DNA from: Candidatus Buchananbacteria bacterium CG10_big_fil_rev_8_21_14_0_10_33_19 | Lineage (GTDB): Bacteria > Patescibacteriota > Patescibacteriia > 2-01-FULL-39-33 | Length of the DNA stretch: 64,000 nucleotides | Reading direction: 5' to 3' | Assembly (NCBI GenBank): GCA_002773855.1 | Contig: PEZY01000012.1 | Coordinates: 297,613-361,612 of the forward strand | Shown here: one piece after another, positions 56,639 to 64,000 of the stretch | How the letters are laid out: each line of letters begins with the position of its first letter | Position numbering within the stretch: position 1 is the first letter of the stretch | The notes under the pieces: generated by a model | Told to the model about the DNA's origin: nothing | Seen by the model: the letters and a program-made list of their open reading frames with translations, nothing else | The model's database searches: none | Program-made: the position numbers and the translations under genes

Positions 56639-57457
56639 TTATTTTATCTCAATGGGGGTTACTTTAACACTTGATATAATGCCAACACCAGTGCTAGTGG
56701 CTAGTTCTAAAAAGGCAGCTTTAGATAAATCCAACACTCTTTCCTGACACGGACCCATCAAAGCTTGTTCACGTTCTGTCCAATCAGCGCATTTTTTAGG
56801 GCCATAATCTTTAATTGTGACCACTACTTCTTTATTGTTATACATATTATGCACTAAAACTTTGGAATCTATAGCAAAATCACGACTAGCAGCTATTAGT
56901 TCACCTTGATATTTCGGATAAACATACCAAGAAGCCTTGCCGATAATTTCTGATTCATTAAAAATAGCTAACATAATTTTTTTACGTTTTGGTAACTCAA
57001 CAGTTAAAGTTTTATTTAATTCATCTCTCACTGATTCTAATTTTACAAATTGCAATATTGTCCAATCAAAAAAGTAAACTTCTTTATAATGATCATCTGA
57101 TTCATATTTAAGGGTAGCTGTTGGCTGAATAGCAAAGCTAGTATCAGAAATAGGGGTAAAATTAATAAAATATAAATCGGTAGCTGGAGATTTGCCTTCA
57201 GGAATAGTGAAAAAATTACCAATACTGTCTTTATCAACTATTGTTAACATTTTGAGAGTTAATTTTTCAGAAGTTGAATTAGCAAAAAACCTTAAACTTA
57301 TATCATTATTATCTTCTGGAACTAAATCATAATCTTCTACAATCGGATAATTTATTGTCTTAAAATATAGCCAATCTCTGGCTAAGGCAAAATTTGAATT
57401 AAGAACTGACAGCAAAATAAAGAATATAAATATGAATAGTGACAACTTTAATCTCAT
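56639..57457 (-). CDS. Secreted protein with C-terminal RlpA-like (DPBB) domain
   Basis: Signal peptide from ATG 57457; GKASWY...AASR...V.I.DYGP...R.LDLS..AF. Confidence 0.8.
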   Translation of the reverse strand: MRLKLSLFIFIFFILLSVLNSNFALARDWLYFKTINYPIVEDYDLVPEDNNDISLRFFANSTSEKLTLKMLTIVDKDSIGNFFTIPEGKSPATDLYFINFTPISDTSFAIQPTATLKYESDDHYKEVYFFDWTILQFVKLESVRDELNKTLTVELPKRKKIMLAIFNESEIIGKASWYVYPKYQGELIAASRDFAIDSKVLVHNMYNNKEVVVTIKDYGPKKCADWTEREQALMGPCQERVLDLSKAAFLELATSTGVGIISSVKVTPIEIK

Positions 57458-57496
57458 TATGTTATACTGATTTTTATTAATTATTGTTAACAACAC

Positions 57497-57569
57497 GCCC
57501 ATGTAGCTCAATTGGTAGAGCAACGGTATCGTAAACCGTAGGTTATCGGTTCAATTCCGATCATGGGCT
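57497..57569 (+). tRNA. tRNA-Thr(CGT)
   Basis: Acceptor GCCCATG/CATGGGC; D-arm GCTC..GAGC; anticodon arm ACGGT-ATCGTAA-ACCGT; T-arm ATCGG-TTCAATT-CCGAT. Confidence 0.93.
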
Positions 57570-57574
57570 CAATC

Positions 57575-59002
57575 TTAAATATACCGTTTTATCACAGTAT
57601 TATCAAATAAACTCTTAATGTATAACTCGGTATCAACTGTAATTAATATTTGATTTAATTTAATGCTTTGTTTACCAGAATCTTCATCAATTAACTTAGA
57701 TTCTACCTGATAAATATGATAACCCCAATCATCTCTAACCACCTGATTATACACTTCTCCATCATTTAAAGAAAATAGAGCTGATTCCAGCTCAGCTGGC
57801 AGTTCACCTTGGCTATACCAACCTATGTCACCATTTTGATTTAAATTTGATGAATCGTTGGAATATTGTAAGACTAATGTCTTAAAATCAGCGTCTGATT
57901 GTTGGGAGATAGCTAGCGCGTCGTTAGCATTTTTAAGAGCTTCTTTGGTTACATCTAAACTTTCATCATCAATAATTATTTTTCCCAGAACATCAACAGC
58001 TAAAATTGGCATTAACACATTTTGTTTAAATGTAGCTAAATCCATGCCGTAAGTGCTTTTTATATCTTCAATAGCTTTACTCTCGGAACCAATTTGTTTT
58101 ATAACGCTTTGCATTTCAGTGTCTAATTGCTCTGGAGTTATTGACTGACCATATTTTTTAAGTTCATTTTCAATAATATTGACAGATACCAAGCGATTAA
58201 AAATTTGTTCTTTAGTTTTATCACTGTTTACGGCAGTTGCATTATCATTAAGCTCTAATACACTCTTAACGATACTTAAATCTTTGTAATAATTAGCCAA
58301 ACTAATAGTTCGACCATCAACACTGCCAGCTGGTAGTGGTAGGACATTAATAACCTTCTGACTAACAACGCCGTTCCAACCTAACTTATAAATACCAAAA
58401 ACGTCAACACCTAAAGCAGCTACTAATCCTAAAATTAAAAATACAGCAGCACCTAAAATAAACATTTTTAAATTGCCAATTTTCAGTTTAGGTTTAGATA
58501 TCCTCAAAGAACTAATAGATGGCCTAACAGAGCTATCTGGTCTAAAAAATAATTCTCGTTCTTTAGCCCTATCCTCTGGTGTTCTTGTTTTTTTCTTAGT
58601 AACTGGACTAGGTGCTGGTGTTAATTTTCTTTCGATTTTAGGCTTTGGAGTAGGCTTTTTCTTAATTGCAGTAGATTTTTTAATAGAGGTTTTTTTTCTT
58701 GGTGCATGTTTAGAAGTTGCCTTAACCTCATCAATTTTTGGTTTAATTACTTGTTTAGTTTCTTTTTTAATAATTTCCTTAGAAATATCAGTTTTCATTG
58801 CCTTTTTATTTACAATTGGCTTAGTTTTTGGTTTTTCTTCAACAATCTTAATCGGAGCAGGTTGAGCATTTTTTCTCACTGCTGGTGTTATTTTCTTATT
58901 TTTTGGCTTAATAAATAATTTTTCATTTTTACTAATTTCTGCCAAAACTTCTTTTTTTAATCTTAGTTTTTTTTCTGGTGTTAAATTGTAACTTGAAGCC
59001 AT
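57575..59002 (-). CDS. PrsA/SurA-like parvulin foldase with long Lys/Pro-rich N-terminal extension
   Basis: TM near aa 180-200; SurA-N-like region; DF..L...YS.D.....GDIGW...E.ALF.L..G......GYHI. Confidence 0.82.
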   Translation of the reverse strand: MASSYNLTPEKKLRLKKEVLAEISKNEKLFIKPKNKKITPAVRKNAQPAPIKIVEEKPKTKPIVNKKAMKTDISKEIIKKETKQVIKPKIDEVKATSKHAPRKKTSIKKSTAIKKKPTPKPKIERKLTPAPSPVTKKKTRTPEDRAKERELFFRPDSSVRPSISSLRISKPKLKIGNLKMFILGAAVFLILGLVAALGVDVFGIYKLGWNGVVSQKVINVLPLPAGSVDGRTISLANYYKDLSIVKSVLELNDNATAVNSDKTKEQIFNRLVSVNIIENELKKYGQSITPEQLDTEMQSVIKQIGSESKAIEDIKSTYGMDLATFKQNVLMPILAVDVLGKIIIDDESLDVTKEALKNANDALAISQQSDADFKTLVLQYSNDSSNLNQNGDIGWYSQGELPAELESALFSLNDGEVYNQVVRDDWGYHIYQVESKLIDEDSGKQSIKLNQILITVDTELYIKSLFDNTVIKRYI

Positions 59003-59018
59003 AATATATAATATTTAT

Positions 59019-59444
59019 TTATTTTTCAAAAAAATATAACCACCATTTTTTGTAATTGGGGTCGTTTATATTATCACGAGACACTACTACCCCTCCTAAC
59101 ACTTCTGAATTTTGATCAATGGTATTATTGTTTAAATTATTATCTCTTACTACTAGTACCACATTTTCACCAGGCTTTCTGAGACCAAATTTTAATCTCG
59201 CTTCTTTCTCTAATTGCCTACTGGTAGTCCAAGAGTCTATCAACTGACTAATTTCCGAATTCTCTTTTTCTAAACGATCAACATCAACTCGGTATTGTTT
59301 AATTTTTTCGTCAATTTGGTGACGATTTACCACTTCTTTGATTAAATTAATACTCAAAAAGACAGTGACTACTATACAAACAACAATTATTACTCTGGAA
59401 CGAGAAAAATATTGTTTTATGATTTTTTTATATCTTCTTAACAT
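59019..59444 (-). CDS. Septum formation initiator (FtsB/DivIC family)
   Basis: TM plus coiled coil; EKEARLKFGL.KPGE.V. Confidence 0.82.
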   Translation of the reverse strand: MLRRYKKIIKQYFSRSRVIIVVCIVVTVFLSINLIKEVVNRHQIDEKIKQYRVDVDRLEKENSEISQLIDSWTTSRQLEKEARLKFGLRKPGENVVLVVRDNNLNNNTIDQNSEVLGGVVVSRDNINDPNYKKWWLYFFEK

Positions 59445-59467
59445 TTATATTATAACACAAAAAATAA

Positions 59468-60067
59468 TTAATTAGAAATTAGTCGATTAAATTTATCCTC
59501 ACCTAGTCTTTTTTTTATTCTACTTAAAATTTTTATGGCTTCTTTACCGGCTATCTCACCCTTGGCTTCAAAATAATTTTCTCTTTGGTTAATAATTTTA
59601 CTAACTACTAAAGCTGGGTATTTAATTGATTTTAATTCTATAAAACTATTTTTATCATTTATAAAATATATATAAATATGACCCAAACTAAATATTGTTT
59701 TAAGTAACCCATTTGTTTGATGATTAACATCTTGAATTTTACCATATAAAACAATACTTGATGAACTATTTAAAAAACCCAAACGCTCCATATCAATTAA
59801 TCGTTTATTGGTGATAACCAGAGCAGTATTAGAATAAATTAAATAAACTCTATAGATTAATAATAAAGCTATAATAACTACACTAAAAAATAAAATAACT
59901 CCCCAAGTGCCCTGAAGAAATAAAGGGTAAATTAAAAAAAATGGCAATAAAATCATAGAGATAGCCATAAAAAGTGGTCTAAAATAATGCCACAAAGATT
60001 TTCTAATCACATCTATGATTACTTCATTATCAGCAATGTTTATTTTTTTAATTAATTTATTAGACAT
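59468..60067 (-). CDS. Membrane protein with bacterial PH (bPH_2-like) domain
   Basis: Two TM, then ITNKRLID...G.........Y.KIQDV. Confidence 0.75.
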   Translation of the reverse strand: MSNKLIKKINIADNEVIIDVIRKSLWHYFRPLFMAISMILLPFFLIYPLFLQGTWGVILFFSVVIIALLLIYRVYLIYSNTALVITNKRLIDMERLGFLNSSSSIVLYGKIQDVNHQTNGLLKTIFSLGHIYIYFINDKNSFIELKSIKYPALVVSKIINQRENYFEAKGEIAGKEAIKILSRIKKRLGEDKFNRLISN

Positions 60068-62798
60068 TTAATGTTATCATTTCTTTATTTTTGCTAATCG
60101 GCGGTTGTTTTTTATAATTGCTTTTCCTTTTAACTATAAAATAATGTTTTACTATTTCAATAGCAGTTATTTTAATTAATCCTAATGACAGAATAACCAA
60201 CCATTCCCGACCATTTAAACTAACTGTTTTAAATATAGTCTGTAAAAATGGTACGTATACAGCTGAGATTAAAATAAAAAAAGCAATAATTACAGCACCG
60301 ACTAAATACAAATTACTAAAGATATTTTTTGTAAAAATACTGTGCCTAAGCGATCTAACACTAAACACATAAAGCAATGAATCTATGCCAAGGGCAGTAA
60401 ATATTATAGTCCTAATATGATCTAATCTACCTTCGCCCATAGTGTTAAGTAGATAGATAAACAGTATAAACAGGATAATATCAGTGATAATACCAATGAT
60501 AAATATTAACACTTTCATTTCTTTATTTAGAATAGGTTCACTTTTTTTTCTGGGCTTATCTTCCATAATTTCTGATTCGCCTGGCTCTAAAGTTAAGGCA
60601 ATATTAGGCAAGCCATCAGCTACCAAATTAATCCACAAAATTTGAGTGGCTAAAATTGGCAATGGCAATCCAACTAATAATGAGCCAGTGATTAAAATTA
60701 ATTCAGAGAAACTGTCTGATAGAAGATATAAAACTACTTTTCTAATATTCTCAAATATTATTCTTCCCTGTTCGATAGCGGCCACAATAACTTTAAAATT
60801 ATTGTCCAATAATATAATATCTGCTGTCTCTTTAGTAACGTCAGAACCATCACCCAAGGCAATGCCAATATCGGCACTCTTCAGGGCTGGGGCGTCATTA
60901 ATACCATCGCCAGTCATGGCTACTACTTCTCCTCTAGCCTGCCAAGCGTCAACTACTCTTAATTTATGGCGTGGTTCAACTCGAGCATAAATATCTATAT
61001 TAACCACTCTTGCCTGCAACTCTTCATCTGTCCAATTATCGAGCTCACTACCTTCAACTATATTGCCATCAGTTTTAAACCCAAGCTCATCAAAAATAGC
61101 TTTAGCTGTTAGCCGATGATCACCAGTGATAACCACCGTTCTAATACCAGCTGATTTACAAAGCAATAAAGCTTCTTTCGCTTCTCTCCTAAGTGGATCT
61201 TTAATAGCCACAAAGCCCAGAAAGGTTAAATTTTTTAATTCATCATTACAATTTTTAAAGTCATGGCCAGTCTTATAAGCAAAAGCTAATAGACGTAAAC
61301 CTTTCTTGGTCATGGCTTCATATTTCTTCTTTAAATAATTTAGTTTTTCAAGAGTTAATGTTTCAGCCTTGCCACTGATCATTACCTTACTGCAATATTT
61401 AAAGATTATTTCTGGAGCTCCTTTTGTAAAAATGTGTTGATGCTCAGCTTTTTTATGATTACATAATGTAGCCATAAATTTTTTTTCTGAATCAAAAGGA
61501 ATTTCATCAAGTTGAATATAATCTTTATGTAATTTTTCTGGTACATAGCCAGATTCAATGGCCGCAATAAGTAAAGCCTTCTCTGTTGGACTACCAATTA
61601 TTTTTAAACTTTCCAGTTCAGCCTCTGGGTTTTCAACTACCGCTGCATTGCATAAAACAGACACTTTAGAAATTAAATCTCTAACTTTCTCTACTTCATT
61701 TAATTCTTTGGATTTTGTTAGTTGGTATTCTTTATCCGCAGTTATGATTTTAGAAACCTGCATATTTCCTTCTGTTAATGTGCCAGTTTTATCAGTACAT
61801 ATTACCGATACGCTCCCTAAAGTTTCTGTTGCTACTAACTTTCTGACTAGAGCCTTTTTCTTTAATATAAATTGCATGCCTATTGTTAAAATAATCGTCA
61901 CGGCAATTATTAAGCCTTCGGGAATAGCCGCCACTGCTAAGGCAACTGCTGTGATAAACATTTCCAATGGATCTTTATTTAAAAGAATCCCCACAAAAAA
62001 TATAAGTGAACTTAGAATTAAAACTAAAACAGTCAGCCAATTACTAAATTGAGATAAACCTTTTTGCAAGGGAGTTTTCTCTTCTTTAGTGTCTTTAATT
62101 AATGACGTTATGGCTCCAATTTCTGTATGAATTCCAATTTCACAAACCAAAGCTGTAGTCTTACCCCTAACCACTAAAGTACCCATATAAACCATGTTTT
62201 TCCGATCGGCTAGATAGGTGCCAGTTTTTAAAATTTTATTATTTTTAGATGAAGGTGAAGATTCTCCAGTTAATGTAGCCTCGGTTGTTTGTAAATCTTT
62301 TGAATCGATAACTCGGCAATCAGCTGGCACTTTATCACCGGCTTGAATAAAAACAATGTCACCTGGCACTAAATCTATGGCATCAATTAATTTCTCATTA
62401 CCATCACGTAAAACTCTAGCCGTATTTTTGACTATTTTTTTGAGCTGAGAAACAGCTTTATTAGCTTTATTTTCTTGCCAAAAACCAAAAATCGTATTAA
62501 TTATGACCGCAAAAAATATTACTAAGGCGTCAGTTATATCACCCAAAAATAAAGAAACTGAGCCAGCTACTAGTAAAACATAAACCAGGGGCGATTTTAG
62601 CTGACTAATTAATATTCCTAAAGCTGAAAATTGTTTTTCGGCTGGAATTTTATTGAAGCCATATTTTTTTTGAATCTTTTCATGATCTTTGGAACTTAAA
62701 CCATCTTTACTACTTTTTAACTTCTTAAAACAATCAACTACTGACAATGAATACCAATGTATTCTTGTGAATTCTGGTTTATTTTTTTTAACTGTCAT
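60060..62798 (-). CDS. Cation-transporting P-type ATPase (type II, Ca2+-ATPase-like)
   Basis: LTGES, AAIPEGL, CTDKTGTLT, KGAPE, TGDH, MTGDGINDAPAL, QILWINL..DG. Confidence 0.95.
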   Translation of the reverse strand: MTVKKNKPEFTRIHWYSLSVVDCFKKLKSSKDGLSSKDHEKIQKKYGFNKIPAEKQFSALGILISQLKSPLVYVLLVAGSVSLFLGDITDALVIFFAVIINTIFGFWQENKANKAVSQLKKIVKNTARVLRDGNEKLIDAIDLVPGDIVFIQAGDKVPADCRVIDSKDLQTTEATLTGESSPSSKNNKILKTGTYLADRKNMVYMGTLVVRGKTTALVCEIGIHTEIGAITSLIKDTKEEKTPLQKGLSQFSNWLTVLVLILSSLIFFVGILLNKDPLEMFITAVALAVAAIPEGLIIAVTIILTIGMQFILKKKALVRKLVATETLGSVSVICTDKTGTLTEGNMQVSKIITADKEYQLTKSKELNEVEKVRDLISKVSVLCNAAVVENPEAELESLKIIGSPTEKALLIAAIESGYVPEKLHKDYIQLDEIPFDSEKKFMATLCNHKKAEHQHIFTKGAPEIIFKYCSKVMISGKAETLTLEKLNYLKKKYEAMTKKGLRLLAFAYKTGHDFKNCNDELKNLTFLGFVAIKDPLRREAKEALLLCKSAGIRTVVITGDHRLTAKAIFDELGFKTDGNIVEGSELDNWTDEELQARVVNIDIYARVEPRHKLRVVDAWQARGEVVAMTGDGINDAPALKSADIGIALGDGSDVTKETADIILLDNNFKVIVAAIEQGRIIFENIRKVVLYLLSDSFSELILITGSLLVGLPLPILATQILWINLVADGLPNIALTLEPGESEIMEDKPRKKSEPILNKEMKVLIFIIGIITDIILFILFIYLLNTMGEGRLDHIRTIIFTALGIDSLLYVFSVRSLRHSIFTKNIFSNLYLVGAVIIAFFILISAVYVPFLQTIFKTVSLNGREWLVILSLGLIKITAIEIVKHYFIVKRKSNYKKQPPISKNKEMITLNV

Positions 62799-62948
62799 GT
62801 AATAAAATAATTAATAAAATATTATCAACACTTAAGAAGATTTATTAATATATTATAACATAATTACTTAATTAAACTAAAATTATTATAAAAATTTTTA
62901 AAATAAAAAACCCAAGTTTTTCAACTTGGGAATAATTTTTTTATTTAA

Positions 62949-64000
62949 TTAACAAAGAACAGTAGCAGCCAACTCGGCTACTGCTGATCGTTCACTTTTA
63001 AACATAGTCATATGACCAAACATATCATAACCCTTGAGTCTTTCAACTACGTAGGTTAGACCGTTATTGATTGGCGAGAGATATGGCGTATAAATCTGAT
63101 TAGGATCGCCAGTTAAAATTATCTTGGAATTTTCACCAACTCGAGTAATCAAAGCCGCAATTTGGCGAGGCGTCAAATTTTGAGCCTCATCGACAATAAT
63201 AACACAATGATGTTTAGTTGATCCCAGGGCAAAATTAATGGGCTTTATTTCCATTAAGCCATCATGAATATATTCAGCTACTGGATCAACGTAATTAGTA
63301 TCACCATCCTTTTTATACTTCTTACCCAAAATGAGACGCATGTTTTCAATAATTGGTCCACAATAGGGAGCAAATTTTTCAGATTCAGAGCCTGGTAGAT
63401 AGCCGAGTGATTTAGCAATTTCAATATTTGGCCGCCAAACCAATATTCGACTGGGTTTACCATCGTGTTGATGAGTAAATGCTCCATCACCGAGCAACTT
63501 CATGGCCGCTAATATAGCAAGTAGCGTTTTACCGGTACCGGCCTTGCCAACCAAGGTGGCTATTTTAATATTAGGATTAAGCAACATATCATAAGCCAAG
63601 GCTTGCTCAGTATTAATCGGTCCCTTAGCCAATAAACCTCTTTTAGTAGGATCCATTGGCTTAGGCTTATGGACATAGATAAAAATATTATTAGCTTTGT
63701 CATAAATAGCCAAAGTATATTTATCGCCAAATGTTAAATAACAACAAGCATTTGGCAGTAATCCACTAGCTTCTGGTAATTCAATAATTTGAGTCGCTTC
63801 AATTTTACCATTAGACCCTAACTCAGCTTTAAGATGGGCTAATTTTAATGGCAATGGAATAGTCACTACTCCAGAATACAAATCACCCAAAGTATTTATC
63901 TGTTGATCATGAGTATAATCTTCTGTGTTGATACCACACGAGTCGGCTTTAAGTCGAAGATTAATATCTTTGGTTAGTAAAATAACATTGTTGGGCTTTT
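62949..64000 (-). CDS. PhoH family protein (PIN-PhoH type; 5' part outside the window)
   Basis: GKAGTGKTLLA; LGYLPG; IVDEAQN; RVGENSKIILTGDP.Q; ERS.VAELA. The frame stays open to the window edge (ILLTKDINLRLKAD, end of the PIN domain). Confidence 0.9.
   Translation of the reverse strand, partial: KPNNVILLTKDINLRLKADSCGINTEDYTHDQQINTLGDLYSGVVTIPLPLKLAHLKAELGSNGKIEATQIIELPEASGLLPNACCYLTFGDKYTLAIYDKANNIFIYVHKPKPMDPTKRGLLAKGPINTEQALAYDMLLNPNIKIATLVGKAGTGKTLLAILAAMKLLGDGAFTHQHDGKPSRILVWRPNIEIAKSLGYLPGSESEKFAPYCGPIIENMRLILGKKYKKDGDTNYVDPVAEYIHDGLMEIKPINFALGSTKHHCVIIVDEAQNLTPRQIAALITRVGENSKIILTGDPNQIYTPYLSPINNGLTYVVERLKGYDMFGHMTMFKSERSAVAELAATVLC

Noticed and set aside
57458-57523. N-terminal extension MLYQLSY... 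of ORF 56639..57523
   Set aside because: It is the antisense of tRNA-Thr; the signal peptide starts at 57457.
982-63490. Many short antisense or overlapping ORFs in the track (e.g. 982..1167, 3066..3278, 7290..7661, 43115..43456, 58473..58865, 61558..62052)
   Set aside because: They are shadows of well-supported genes and have no motifs of their own.
1-64000. Alternative genetic code (UGA=Gly, as in Gracilibacteria)
   Set aside because: Conserved genes are intact under code 11, and TGA ends genes at natural positions (8111, feoA).

Overview
AT-rich bacterial chromosome segment using genetic code 11 (TGA is a stop). It is very probably from Patescibacteria/CPR (Parcubacteria-like), judged from a short AlaRS C-terminus, rplQ-rplM-rpsI adjacency, mostly SD-less core genes and CPR-typical hypothetical proteins. 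The left third (mostly + strand) holds the alpha ribosomal operon, a surface-polysaccharide cluster, fmt/def, gltX and an M23 peptidase. The right two thirds (mostly - strand) hold ftsQ-ddl-serS-lysS-pheST, a UvrD-nuclease fusion, rlmN, malic enzyme, typA, ABC-F, a PIF1-like helicase, ftsEX, a P-type ATPase, PhoH and two tRNAs. Gene orientation converges at about 22.8 kb, where a lone Xer recombinase carries a dif/loxP-like site just upstream of its start codon; this is the likely replication terminus. The most unusual stretch is 33.4-36.7 kb: small metal-binding ORFs (including an orphan FeoA) separated by three copies of an 80-90 bp palindromic module, plus several long hairpins and a candidate sRNA. 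ORFs missing from the supplied track include rpmJ, a 50-aa metallothionein-like protein with 12 Cys, an AbrB-like regulator and a 35-aa basic peptide resembling ribosomal protein bTHX. RpoA lacks a recognisable alphaCTD. All calls come from reading the sequence; no database searches were run.
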